Shown: positions 50,668 through 64,000 of the stretch, in pieces
Position numbering within the stretch: the stretch's first letter is position 1
How the letters are laid out: the number at the start of each line of letters is the position of its first letter
Assembly (NCBI GenBank): GCA_043228905.1
Contig: JBHGNT010000005.1
Span: forward strand, 21,824,001 to 21,888,000
Direction of reading: 5' to 3'
DNA: 64,000 bases
DNA from: Azolla caroliniana
Lineage: Eukaryota; Plantae; Polypodiophyta
Translations under genes and position numbers: made by a program
Notes under the pieces: model-generated
Databases searched by the model: none
Told to the model about the DNA's origin: nothing
Seen by the model: only the letters and a program-made list of their open reading frames with translations

Positions 50668-51846
50668 GTACATATATATGTGTGTGTCACGTTCATTTCT
50701 CTTGCTTTATGGTGGTGGCTCTCTCCTACATGAAGGCCCGAGAGACACGAGAGACATGGGGCAAGTCACGACACACTAGTTTTCTGAGGCTCGTTACACC
50801 CAAGCCTCCGATTTGGTTGGAGCCATATATGCATACACATGCTCAAAGAAATTCCTACAATGGCACAACTTTGGTGCATTTTTACAACCACCATCCGAAG
50901 TTATATCTATCTTCCATGCCTCTCTTCAACATTCCTTTGTTTCATCATTGGCTTCATTGCCGTCATTCCAACATCGTTAAAGCTTACTAGGCTCACAAGA
51001 GATGGTAGGTGAAGTGATTAGATGGAGATAAGTATACCCTTTTGGGTGGTTGGGTGCAAGTTTAAATTTTACTTGACACAATGGTATCCCCCCTCTCAAA
51101 ACATTCATGTACACCCATGTCCCCTAATCAATTTTTCGTAACCACCATGCATCTTCCCCAAGAAAGATTAATGGCAAGGTTATTGATTTACCTTCAAAAT
51201 AGATGGATGGTGGTTAATCTAACCTAATCAAAATAGATGGATGCATGGATTAAGAAGAGATTAAAGCCAAGAATAGGGTTTGCTTATAATGTTGGATTAG
51301 AGGAAGATTAATTGCTGAATTGATTAAAACACATGTGAGTATTGATTAAAATGCAATTGTTGGTGATTAGATACTTGTGAGTTTTGCCAATGGTTGGAGG
51401 CCGCTTTAAGAAGAATGTTGCAAGTTCATGCAATGTTTTAATTTGAGTTGTCCAGATTAAGTCTTTTCAGATTGGCCAAATTATATACTTCAAATTCTCA
51501 ATAAGGTTGTTATCTTCTAAATCGGCACACAAAGAGCCTCAGAACATTTGGTTGAAATTGAGATGCCATAAATCAACATAATCCTCAGCTCATTTGACAT
51601 TGATGTACATTTTCATGCACATCATTTGTATACTTTCATCGTAAACTGTACAAAAGGATGTATCTTTTCCATCATATCAGTGTTTTTCAACACGCAATTT
51701 GATGAATATTGAGATGCTATGAATAAAACATAATCTTCAGCTACATATCAGCCATCTCAGGTACATCATTTGTATAAAGTTTCTTCTTCATACATATTGA
51801 CTTGCTGTGTCCAAACTGGAAAAAGCCTCAGGATTTGTTCATGCAT

Positions 51847-54398
51847 TTACAACCGTAAAATCCTATACAACAGTTCTTTGTGTTGCAAACAATCAGTAAC
51901 CTCAGCAATCTGTCTGACTTTGGAAGAAAGAATAGCTTGAAATTCTTTAACTTGCTCCTGATATGATTGATTGGAAATCCGACCGCATCTTGGTATACTA
52001 TACCCTCTGATCATCCTTTTCTTCCCACACATTTCCTCATAAGAATCATGTGACTCCAGTGTTGAACCAGGATGTTGGCAATTGTTGCTGCCGTCTTCAT
52101 CATTCAAAGGTTTATAACTTAGCAGTCTTTTCTTGCCAGTTACAGACATTTCCTCATTCGAATTTAGCTCTGTTGGAGCATATACTCTTTTCTTGCCAAT
52201 AGACATGTCTTGAGAATTTGGGCCTGTTGGAGCAGAATATAGTTGAGAATGCTCTTCTAAATTGATGGCCTCTTCTTTCATCCCGTTTATCCCCCTGCAG
52301 TAAGGACTATAATTCAAACATGGTTTTAGATCATTTGGATATGACATTAATCATGACACAGTTTCTCAAATATCATATATTCAGAGGCTATTATTAAACA
52401 AGACCTTTCTAATTAAGATGTGACTGATCTAAACCATTTTTTAACATATTTTACATTTTTTGCCTTCAGGCTGTGGGAATTCGATAATCATGTACCATGG
52501 TTCCAGTGAAACGTGAAAGATGTTCTATTCAACAATTTGGCGATCAAGAATATGTCATTATTAGCGAGCTCTCCATTAACCTGGTGGTCCTGAAAGGCGA
52601 CCTTTGTAAATGATCCTCATCTTCAATCAAGTTATAAATATGTGTATGTTGCAGATTTGTGATCTTTAAGGCTGCGGCATCAATTTTAGTTGGACTTATT
52701 GCTGCCTGGAATTTCCTGATAAATTCTTCTCTCAGAAGTGCTGATAAATTGAATGGGAGGCATACTTCAACTTCATGACCAGATGATCCAGCTATACAAT
52801 AATACACACAACCATTCATCAAGTAGTCATTAAGTTTCTTGTTCACTTTAAGAACTTAAGTAGAGTCAGAGTCATAATGGAGAGGTTATATCTTTCTTTG
52901 CTTAATAATGGCCAGTTATTAGACCTCTTCTCTGTCGTGATGTATACCTATCAGCTCTCCCAGGATTGCCTGACAGTTGGTTGAATGATCTACCACATTG
53001 TTTCCATGCAACATTTCTGGTACTGGAATCTCCTAATCAAAATCCACACAAGAATCAACCATGCTTTTCGTTTATCAGGCAATTGCCATGAAAGTATTTC
53101 ACTAAACCCTGCAACAATTGGCATAATGACTATATATCTGCATTGATTTGCTAGCATCCTCTTACAATGATCAAAGTGCATTTTTCTTTTTCTTTGACAT
53201 TAGCTCCATCATCAAGAAATGATCCGCTGCTGACACGGCCTTCTCTTTTACATATATCATTAGAAATTCTCATCTCTGAAAGAGGTTGCTCCTTAGGCAG
53301 TTCTGTGAACTTGGTAAACAAAGTCCTACATATTTTCTGTCTGGCCTTCCTTTCCATTATATTCTTATCTGAATCCTTCCCAATATCCTTTTCCAGATCT
53401 CTGCAAGTCATGACATATACCTCAGCAGTAGTTGATTATCTCATCATGGAACAAAAACAGAAGGATTTCCCCCAAAGAGGAATGTAGCACTCACCCAAAG
53501 AGCACATATACAAGCCTCCTCTTTTTAATTAGAAACACTCACCTTTCATCATCCCATAGAGGATCAGAAGTAGATAATCTCGAAGTATTTGCATTAACCA
53601 AAGGGCTTTTATCCTGACATATCTATACACAATTTTAGAAAAGAATGTAACCTTGAAGAAGATGACTGTTTCTAGCTAGACATGGCACAGGAAATGAGAT
53701 CCATCAGATATCACACAATAATGTCTGTGCATGATGGTAAGCTGTCCTAGCCTTACAAAATCATGTGTATCTATGCAAGTATAACAAGCTCTTTAATGAT
53801 ATCTCATGGCTTGGTAATAAAAAACTTAAGCAACGTCAATTTCGCAATAGTAAAGTTTTCTCATGTGCAGATACATAACATGAAGCACTTATCCAGTAAC
53901 CCCTCCCGTCAAAAGCTCAAATTGTCCTAGCTTGCATTTTTCAGCATCTCTAGCAAACATCATCTCTATCTCATAATGCAGTACATATTCAAACTGATAA
54001 CAATGAACGGTAATGATTCTATAAAGCCTTCTCACAGAGTTTAGAAGAAGTCCATGTGTCCTGTGCCTCAAGCAAGTATATAGCTCGTATATAATCTCGA
54101 ACAGGAAACCGTTTATATACTGTCTTAGACATGAATTGTACGATTTTCAAAAAATAATGTACTATTTTCTCTGCTCACAATTAATCGCTGTGACTACCTT
54201 TCTGTGTGATGTCTGCTATAATTCGTTTCACGGAAATACTCGTCATCCTTGTCTCAATGACAGAGTTTCGCATCCTTACCTTATGTCTTCTTATTTCTAT
54301 TTTAAACAGTTTAGCATCCTTACTTTATGTGCTTGTGACGTTCTTGCAGGAAAGGCGCAGAAAGGACTGGCGAATCTCCTACGTTGGCTGCACTCCAT
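51847..54398 (-). CDS. Uncharacterised multi-exon gene (~373-411 aa), no family recognised
   Basis: Six phase-compatible GT-AG exons give one open frame: 53613-53543, 53400-53166, 53108-53060, 53032-52925, 52791-52581, 52294-51847. Tentative upstream exons: 54398-54324 (ATG), 54212-54198, 53675-53652. Confidence 0.6.
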
Positions 54399-55199
54399 TC
54401 TATGCTTCTTCTCTGATCTTGGAAAGAACTGAGAAACGTGATCAGTTCAGAGAACGGATCAGATACGATCAGCAGCAAATATTTAACGTTCGAGAATCCG
54501 GTGTTTCGAAATGCGCAAAAAGCTGATCACAAAGACGACATCAGGGGGTGGAACCTCCAGGAATGCGAGGATCTTTCACGTTCCGTAATGAAAAAAAGGT
54601 CTTTTGCTTCTGATATGCAGCAGCCACGGCTTCTTGAACTGCACAGGAATGCGAGGCACAGGAAATTCTTCTTCTTCTTCTTCTTCTTCTTCCTTTTCTT
54701 CTGCGAGGCACTCAGAAATTCTTCTTCGTTTGCTTCTTCCTCCTCTTTTTGAGAGAATTTGAATTAGAATTAGAATTTTTATCGTCCATAAAAGAGAGAG
54801 ATGAAAAGGGCACAGAATGGAAAGGGGTATTTTGGTAATTTGAGGAAAATGAGGTTCAAGAGATGGCTCAAAGATTTTCGTAGTTTAGAGTCCATACTTC
54901 CATACATAGTACAAATAGAATGTTTCGTATAAGCCAAGCCTCTTAGTTCTTCGCATGAGATGGCTCGTAGATTTTCATTATTACATACATGTGTTCAGAC
55001 TCACGAGTCACAACCATGGATATCTATTGTTCAATATTTCATTGAGATCAATCGTTTTAACATATGGGAGGACAACGTGTAGGGAAACCATCACCTAGTA
55101 GAGAGCATTGTGATTCTTTGCAAAATGAGTTTCTTATGTCCTCTCGGTTATTATGTTGGCCTTGAAAGGAGAGACTCAGCTCTCAATTTAATTGTTTGT

Positions 55200-56140
55200 T
55201 TCGTTTGGGGGTCAAAGACATGGGAGATATAGTTTAAGGCTCCATCTCAAAGAATTTTAGAGTTTGTTGAAGTGCGACAATTATTATGCATCCCACCTAA
55301 TTATGGGTTTATATGGCAACAACTACAAAATATTGCATTGATGCAAGGTCTTTTACCTTTACAAACAGAAGAACAATTGAGGATTGATTGATTGGTGTTT
55401 ATGGGGTCATGCATCATTTTTACAAGTGACAACTAATCTTTTGTATCATTGCTCCATTGAGTCTCTAGGATGGCCATCACCTAAGTTTGAAGAAGAATGA
55501 AAAATACATAACTCTGATCATGGATGGTGACATATCTTTAAAGCACAGTTGGCATTCTAAATTGCCACTTTAGCAAAGGTCTTCATTCGAAAAGTTTTGA
55601 TTGGGGGTTTGCCTTTGGGATTAGCTCTAAAACAACATGGACTAGCAACAGGCAATTGCTTCTTTTGCACTTTTCAAATGGAAGATAGTACCCATCGTTT
55701 CATACAATGTTCGATCGCTTGTCATATTTGGAGTTATATTTCTCAAATTTGGCATGTTTTATCACAATGTTATTTGGCGCCTAGACAATAGGTGTTTGCA
55801 CAATTCACACAGATTGAACCAAAATTAGAGATGAAGATCAATTTTATATTTTTGAGGTATTGAGGATTGTGTCATAATTGGGATATCTTCAATGCTTTTG
55901 TATTCAATGGTAGGCATGGAGTCAACGCATATCTACTAAAGTTGAAGGAAGTACTAATGTGACAATTTTGTTTATTGGAGTAAATGTAAATTCTTTCCTC
56001 AATGGATTGTTTCTCTTGCCCATTGGCAATTCAACATGTTTTGCTACCAATGTAGTTAGTGGGTGACCATACTCCATTGTGACACCCATTGTAAGTAGTG
56101 TTTTTCACACACATTAATTAATATAATTGTGTGTTTTCAC
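55200..56140 (+). mobile_element. Degenerate 3' fragment of an L1-type LINE (zf-RVT region)
   Basis: LAKVFIRKVLIGGLPLG...CFFCTFQMEDSTHRFIQC matches the LINE zf-RVT pattern. Many stops; boundaries approximate. Confidence 0.65.
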
Positions 56141-56556
56141 TAGAAAGCAAAGAGATTTAAGAAAGAAGAGAAAATTACCGAGTAATACCCCTGAGTTTCT
56201 CTTTATTTCGTCCCATGCCTCTCCTAGAGGAACATGGAAATGCCCCTCTTTATTTACATATATAAATATAATGTAATGTAGTCAATGAATAGATTTCACA
56301 TTTTCCTTCCAGGCAACCAAGGGCACTCGAGGAATTCTAAAGGAAAAGAAAATGTTTTGGGGCAACTGTTGGGGGCCAACAATAGAAATAAAGGAAAAAC
56401 ACAAGGACTTCCGTTCTTCCCTACAAGCATATACATACATATATATACTCAGGCCAAATTCACACTCATTCTCACGGAATTCCACATGTTTTGAGTTTGG
56501 GGAGTAAATTGACTCTCTTATTCACATAAAAGCTTACTATATAGAGTAATTGAATG

Positions 56557-56713
56557 TATAGAGAGTGTTTCTGAGTACAATAAAGTTTGTATTTGTAGCT
56601 CGATGAAAGGTCTTCTACCTTAGTGTGATTCCACAATAAATTTATAGAGAGAGCTTCTGAGTACAATAAAGTTTGTATCTGTAGCTCGATGAAAGGTCTT
56701 CTGCCTTAGTATG
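56557..56713. repeat. ~86-bp tandem duplication
   Basis: TATAGAGAG..TTCTGAGTACAATAAAGTTTGTAT.TGTAGCTCGATGAAAGGTCTTCT.CCTTAGT twice. Confidence 0.85.
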
Positions 56714-57608
56714 TCGTGTATGCTCCTAAAATGAGTCTACTCACTCTCTATATTTTTTTGCTCCTTAAAATGGCTTCTCAAATTCTCCTTCAACAGGACA
56801 ATCATAAACCAAGTTCATTCAATCTATCATGCTATATATACCTAATGCATGCAACAATGGTAAACTATGGAAGACTTTTTCAGATATCAAAGTATCTATG
56901 AGTCCCTCGTTCTCTGATCACGCAACATTTGCTTCAATGATGCCTTCCATCCCAACTTCCAATTACAAGATAGTGGTGTATCATTGTGGTGGGATGAGTA
57001 TGGGTTTTAATACTCTATCAGATGCAAGATTCATCAGTTAGCCCAAGTATGTTAGACTCGACATGAGATGACCAAGCTCTTCTGTCTAACATTGAATCAA
57101 CACAAGAAGTTTTTTCAATCAAAACTGAGATCAAAACCTTTTCACCTCATCCATTCTAAAGGCTGAACTTAAATCGATGGGAGATTCCTGAACAAATGTC
57201 AAAAACGTATCTCTGGCCCATTTAATTGCATTGGCAACTATTACATTGTTCTCAAAGTGTGCATTAACACATGGAATGTGTGCATACACAAACATATACA
57301 TATGCATGTGCATTGATTGCCATTGATGCAGCAGATAGAATGCATATATGTATGGGATTGCGAACAAGGAAAGAGACCTTTGTGTTACATTACAGACCTC
57401 CTCTGGTTTAACCTGGGTTGTAAGACATTTCAAGGCTGTAATTTGGAGACCGATCTTTGCTCAAAGGCTATCTATCAACATGACCAGTTAAGCACGCTCC
57501 CAATCGAAAACGAAAATGTCGCATTGTGGCTCAATCTTGAACTTTATTATACACAATGCTACTAGGTACAGAAGATATAAGGTAAAGCACAATGTGATTC
57601 TTTCGGAA

Positions 57609-58901
57609 TCAAGAACCTTTAAACACGGCTTGATCACCGAGTTCTTGTCCTGCCATTCCTTCTCTCACAACTCTTTCAAAAAAGGCCTCCAATGTATCGC
57701 TACCATAGCTTGGGGTCGCTTCTGCATCGTATTTTCCTGTGTCGAGATCATATACAAGCATGCTCTCTGCAGCATAATATCTCCCTATTTTCCCGAACTC
57801 AGCTGCATCTTCCAGAGATGGGAAGAGCTTCACCAAGAAATCTAACAAACCGATTGCAAAATCCATTATCTGTATTGGTACTTGAAGAAACTTTGGTTCT
57901 TTCCCGAGTATCCGGAACAACATCTCCCCTTGTTGGCGAGGAGTGAGAGCTTCCCCCGGGCCACCAATAGGTAGAATTTTGTTCATTTTATCCTCATCTG
58001 TGACACAGTCTGCTATGAAAGAAGCAAGGTCAGCTTCACTGATAGGCTTACAAGCACACAGAGCTCCATCCCCGAACATAATATAGGGTTGTCCATTCTT
58101 TACTGTCTCAACTTGACCACCTAAACTCTTGAAGAAGGCTGTTGGCCTAACAATGCTATAGGTAAAACTATTATTCTCAGCATTCTCCTCCTTTGCAAGG
58201 TTCTGAAGCTCAGCTTCGAACTTAAGCTTTGCTTTCTGGAATTCAAGCAAAGGTTTCTGAACACAGATAGCAGAAAGCAAGACGAAGTGAGAAGCACCAT
58301 AGTTTCTTCCCGATAACAAGCTATTCAGGGTAGCTTCGTAATCAATCTTCCATGAGTCTTTCACACCACCAGATCTGCTGGCAAGGCAAGAAATCACCAC
58401 GTGGAAAGGTCCATTCACCTTCTCCTTCGCCTTAGCTATTGCGTCGTTCAGGGAAGAAAGGTCGGTAACATCAGCGAAGCAGATCTGTGCACCTTGTAAG
58501 TCTGAAGAAACTTGGTTCCTATCAAACTTCCCATCGATGCCACTCTTCTCTCTTGCAACAGCAACCACGTTGAATCCACGCTTCACCATCTCTGTGACTA
58601 CATATCTTCCGATATAGCCAGTAGAACCGAAGATGAGGACGTTTGTCTCCGAAGGTTTGGTCTGAGGCAAAGCCATGGCCCTTACACCGCGTCGAGAATG
58701 AGGGAGATAATTAAGCCCCGGTATCGAAGGTCTTCCACGGTAGCTGCGGGTAGGATTTCTGCAGGATGGGGGCACGAAGAAGGAGAAATGGCGTTTGGAG
58801 GAGAAGCAGCGTGGGCTAGGGTTCATAAGAGGGCCTGAGCAAAGAGAAGAAGAAGAAGAAGAGGCCATTGGAGGAGGCACGAGGTTTTGCAGAAGAAACA
58901 T
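57609..58901 (-). CDS. DVR: Divinyl chlorophyllide a 8-vinyl reductase, chloroplastic (single exon)
   Basis: Ser-rich transit peptide, GSTGYIG Rossmann motif, [56 protein letters not shown] and [10 protein letters not shown] of the plant DVR/PCB2 family. The true start may be the downstream Met (MASSS). Confidence 0.95.
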   Translation of the reverse strand: MFLLQNLVPPPMASSSSSSLCSGPLMNPSPRCFSSKRHFSFFVPPSCRNPTRSYRGRPSIPGLNYLPHSRRGVRAMALPQTKPSETNVLIFGSTGYIGRYVVTEMVKRGFNVVAVAREKSGIDGKFDRNQVSSDLQGAQICFADVTDLSSLNDAIAKAKEKVNGPFHVVISCLASRSGGVKDSWKIDYEATLNSLLSGRNYGASHFVLLSAICVQKPLLEFQKAKLKFEAELQNLAKEENAENNSFTYSIVRPTAFFKSLGGQVETVKNGQPYIMFGDGALCACKPISEADLASFIADCVTDEDKMNKILPIGGPGEALTPRQQGEMLFRILGKEPKFLQVPIQIMDFAIGLLDFLVKLFPSLEDAAEFGKIGRYYAAESMLVYDLDTGKYDAEATPSYGSDTLEAFFERVVREGMAGQELGDQAVFKGS

Positions 58902-58959
58902 GGTGAGCTCGATGAGCTCGTAGTCTATCTACACAAAGTAGACGAATGATTATACTGTG

Positions 58960-59044
<85 letters not shown>

Positions 59045-60803
59045 TATGAGTGAGTGAGGAACAGAGATACATGTGGATCACAGAAAACCTTACCAATCAG
59101 GAGAAGCACCATTAGAAGGTTCGGTTCACACGTATTATTATACACGTATTGATCCTAAGGAAATAAGGGCATATCACGGTCGCAATGGTCCAAATCCGAA
59201 CCCTTCTTACTCCACACAATCCTAAGCCGGGCAGGCATCTTTCAAAGTCGGTCGGCTTGTTTCTAGCCTTCTTTACAAATCTTCAAGCCAACAACAATTC
59301 TCAATTCTCAAAGCACATGTGGACAAACGTATATTGGTTAGATCTTAAGACAAGAGACACCATACATGAGAGAAAGAATCAATCAACAAACACATGTTGC
59401 GGGGCGTCGGGGCAACAAAAAGGAACCGAAAGGCAAACAAACCATGTCTTAAGAATAGGTGGGAGAGACACATATATGCATCAGTCACAAGGCAAAACAA
59501 AAGATATCTCTCCCACCTTCAACAAATAGAGCTCCAACATGAAAGGACACCAATTCTAGCGTTTACCGTGTGGAACTAGTTTTCCATGGCCATAAGGATG
59601 ATATATTACGTCTTTCCATGGCCAAAAGGATGATATTTTACATCGTATAAGAGGCCAAATTTACCAATGAGACCCAACATGAGAGACAGGATGCATCACA
59701 TAAGGTTGCCACAGTATAACCTACTTATTCAATACTTATTCCTTTTCAACAAATATAAGGTAATGTATGGTAACTTGATTTTGGAGATGTGCACCAATGG
59801 CACTTAAAACACCTTCCCTTCTTTGCTTGCACTGTTTCCAATCCCAGAATGCAGAGACTAGCATCATACCTAGCTAAGATTTCTATTTTAACTATGGTAC
59901 TTTACCACCATTCCTGATTTGCTTGCATGTGTTCAAATTCCCAGAATGGAGTCTATCGTCATACTCATATCACATAGACTTTACGAGAAATGCCTTTGGA
60001 TTTTTTGGGAAAAAAAGTGCCTTTGGGAGCAGCATCATACTCACATAGGCCGTAAAAAGAAATGCCAGGGATGGATTAATTTAGAAAACACTCTGCATTA
60101 TTAGCTTGCACAGGTTCCAAGTCCTTAATGCATTACCTCACGATAAGGTCATGATTCATTCAAAACCTTACAATACATACTCATAGGCCCTAATATGATT
60201 ACTTCACATTATGTCCCATTCTTCTTGGATATTACTTCAACATCTGGAACGTTTTAGCTAGAAAGGACTATGAAATTAATTGAGAACCATTACTTTAAAA
60301 TAAGGTGTTGATACTTACGGGATCTTACAATATCCACTCATAAGGCCCAAGTCTGGATAGCTCAAATTTTATCATACTTTGATATTAATTCAATATCTGA
60401 TCGAGCATACATTGAAATCCAACGTCTTCTCCCACCTAAATGAGTTTTCTACTCCATTGACTACGTGTAACCTTATAATTTTGCCAGCATTATAAATCAA
60501 TGACCATTCGCTCAAGTGAATCTAAAACATATTACAGTAGGACAAACCGTACTGTACAATAACAAACAGAAACTACATTCAAAAACACATACAAACTAAT
60601 TGAAATACAGCAACATTTCAAGACATAACCAGAACAACAGTTAAATATCATAACTCTTTGAACTCCATATAACATTTGAAGGAAGGAAAATGTATTAGAT
60701 GTACACAGGTCCATGTCTACAGGAATGGACGGCGTCTGTAGAAACAATTAAAACCTAAATAGCTGATCGTGTACAAGAGCAGCCAGAGAACACACTCAGA
60801 ACT

Positions 60804-61454
<651 letters not shown>

Positions 61455-62504
61455 TCAAGTAAAGCCTTGCTTCCGACCCGACATGCATATGATATATATA
61501 GCACATGTGATCGATCCGATGCAAACGCTCTCTCTATTTTCCTGAGTTTATGAATGGAACTTACACATGTGCCACACATGTTATAAACCATCCTTCATCT
61601 AAATTAATCAAAGGACATGCATTTAATTTATTCATTCATTAACCGCGTCAACTTCATTACAACTAAATTCTTGCCCTTTCACAAAAAGACTAGGCCTATA
61701 CTCCTTTGTTTTGTCTTGGTTGTAGTATCTTGAAATGAAGAAGAGATCCCCACCCCCATGTTATGATGAAAGTTGTATTTAAATCTCTGTTCTTTAATCG
61801 TTTTCCACATACTATTGAATGGTTCGTCATATTGATGATTTTTTTGTTTGAGAATAGTCTTTGAGAGAGTAGGCAAATCGAATGGGGCGCAATCCAATTG
61901 CTACGATATTGTTGGATCTCACTCAAAAACTATTTAGGTTTATGAAGTAATGAGACGTAATTTTCCTGAGACGTTTTTTCATCTTGATCTTGTTCATTGA
62001 ATCACACATAATTATGTTCACAAAGCCCAACCCACTTACTCAAGTGTTAAAGTTTCACTTTTATCCAACAAAAGTCATTGGTTTGAATACACTGGCATGT
62101 AAGCAGGATTTTCCATGGTTTCATTAGCCAAGTACTAAGTTCCATGTTTTCTAGTTTGCAATTGTGGTTCATCAATTTTGGTCCTCTGTCAATGGAGCAA
62201 TCGTATATATAACAATTCATTATTGTTGCCATCACTTCTCGTGCTATTGCTTAATTGAAATAAAGTGAGTGCGGAATTCTACAATTCATACGAATAATAA
62301 GTCCTCAAGGTTGAATGCATAACAGATTAGACATCATATTATTTTGAGATTTTGCCATAACAAAAGATACAATGATAATTACCCAAGAGAAATGAGACCT
62401 TATGCACAACCACGAATTTGTCTACTTAATGTTGTTGCTAGAGGGCATGACATTCAACTCACGATGTAATAATAGTGCACTTAAACATAAATTTCCAAAC
62501 CACA

Positions 62505-62948
62505 ATTCCTGTTGTACACCTAATTCAAACCTGTATTGGTGTTAACCTCCTAGATTGAAGAATTTGCAAGGCATGTATTAAGCATTTGCAATTTATACTA
62601 AAGTTTAAAAAAAAAACACTTCCCGTAGTACACTGGATCTAATTAAAACCTGTATTGGTGTTAAACCTCCTAGATTGAAGAATTTGCAAGACATGTATTA
62701 AGCATTTGCAATTTATACTAAATTTAAAAAAAACACTTCCCGTTGTACACTGGATCTAATTAAAACCTGTATTACTGTTAATCTCCTAGATTGAAGAATT
62801 TGGAAGGCATGTATTTAACATTTGCAATTTGTACTAAAAATTTTAAAAATACACTTTCTGTGGTACACTGGATCTCCTGCAAACCCGTATTGGTGTTAAT
62901 CTCCTCGATTGAAGAATTTGCAAGGCATGTATTTAGCGTTTGCAATTT
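62505..62948. repeat. ~118-bp tandem repeat, about 4 copies
   Basis: AACCTGTATTGGTGTTAA..TCCTAGATTGAAGAATTTGCAAGGCATGTATT.AGCATTTGCAATTT recurs at ~62528, 62647, 62764 and 62882. Confidence 0.92.
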
Positions 62949-63117
62949 GACTCATTCACTGCTGGTCTAAAGCACTAGTCAATGTGAGACAAGAAACTAT
63001 ACTCCAAATCCCAGCAGACAAACATTTAGCCATCACACAAGGATTGTGAGCAGTTCTCTGTGATGGTTAGAGTGCATCTCATACACATTGAGTGGGGGAT
63101 CTACAAAGTTACAAGAT

Positions 63118-63119
<2 letters not shown>

Positions 63120-63185
<66 letters not shown>
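63120..63185. repeat. (TA)n microsatellite
   Basis: Directly visible; a shorter (TA)n lies at ~36224-36257. Confidence 0.97.
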
Positions 63186-63189
<4 letters not shown>

Positions 63190-63887
63190 AAGTCCTAAAT
63201 AACCTATAGGAACATTAAGCATATCAGAATCTAATATGTGAATCTTCCTTCATTTACACTACTGGAATTATCTTTTATATGTACATGATAAACTATTTGA
63301 TTATAGATATGTGAATCATCATAATGTAATATGTGAATAATCTGGATTCTAGAAATATCTAAGCCATTTGTGAAGGCTGCAATCATGAAATGATCAAAGG
63401 AAACATTTCTAGCATAAAGATGTATCATTTGATCATTTCATGTCCTTTCCAGCAACACCTATAGGCATAACCTGCAGCTGTCTTTTTAATATGTTCTCTC
63501 ATACCTCTTACAATGAATGGTGAGATAAGGGTTCCAACTTCACGCACGCATGACCAACCAGCATCAATTAGGATATTGGGCAAAGAACTTTCCGCAAGAG
63601 ATTTAACATTGTTAGCAATTCAATCAAAGCAACACCAATAAAACCATGATAATAAACAATACCAGTAGAACATCCACAAATCCAAGGTCCAGACAAACAC
63701 ATGTAAACAACTTGGCAAAGAGCAAGATAGTGATCAAACATGTATACAAATATCCATTAAGGAAGACATTACAACAGTAGCAATGAACAGTCCATTAAGG
63801 ACACATCTAGCTCTAAAGAGACATCAAAGGTTGGCAATATTCAGCAGCAACCTTGAGAAAAGTAGAAGAAACGTATGGAACGTTTTC

Positions 63888-64000
<113 letters not shown>

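Noticed and set aside
53889-54071. 60-aa ORF as an exon of the orphan gene
   Set aside because: I could not place a convincing phase-compatible splice donor at its end; treated as intronic.
57609-58901. Intronless DVR as a bacterial transfer or retrocopy
   Set aside because: It has a plastid transit peptide and a plant-type sequence. An intron-poor structure alone is not evidence, and no poly(A) or TSD is seen.
62505-62948. CRISPR-like array
   Set aside because: Units are similar along their whole length with no unique spacers, there are no cas genes, and the context is eukaryotic.

Overview
Eukaryotic land-plant nuclear DNA: GT-AG introns, plant-type ARP8, KCR, DVR and MSBP genes, and many (GA)n/(TC)n microsatellites. 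The TE complement suggests a fern or other non-seed plant (inference). 1-10.2 kb is a nested LTR-retrotransposon block, in which a copia element and an internally deleted tRNA-Trp-primed gypsy-like element both sit in the gag of an older copia. The rest is gene-rich: KCR1-like reductase, F-box ARP8, EB1, membrane steroid-binding protein, an unidentified multi-exon gene, divinyl chlorophyllide reductase and two histone H4 genes. Interspersed are a hAT-type MITE (perfect TIR and 8-bp TSD) carrying a near-intact RTEX-like LINE, a full-length decayed L1 with an 18-bp TSD, and two hAT deletion derivatives. The most notable signal is the RTEX-like LINE: ORF1 and ORF2 are in frame and joined by TGA-CGG, a known viral readthrough context, which suggests an ORF1-ORF2 fusion made by stop-codon readthrough. 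All family calls come from motifs recognised by eye; no searches were run.
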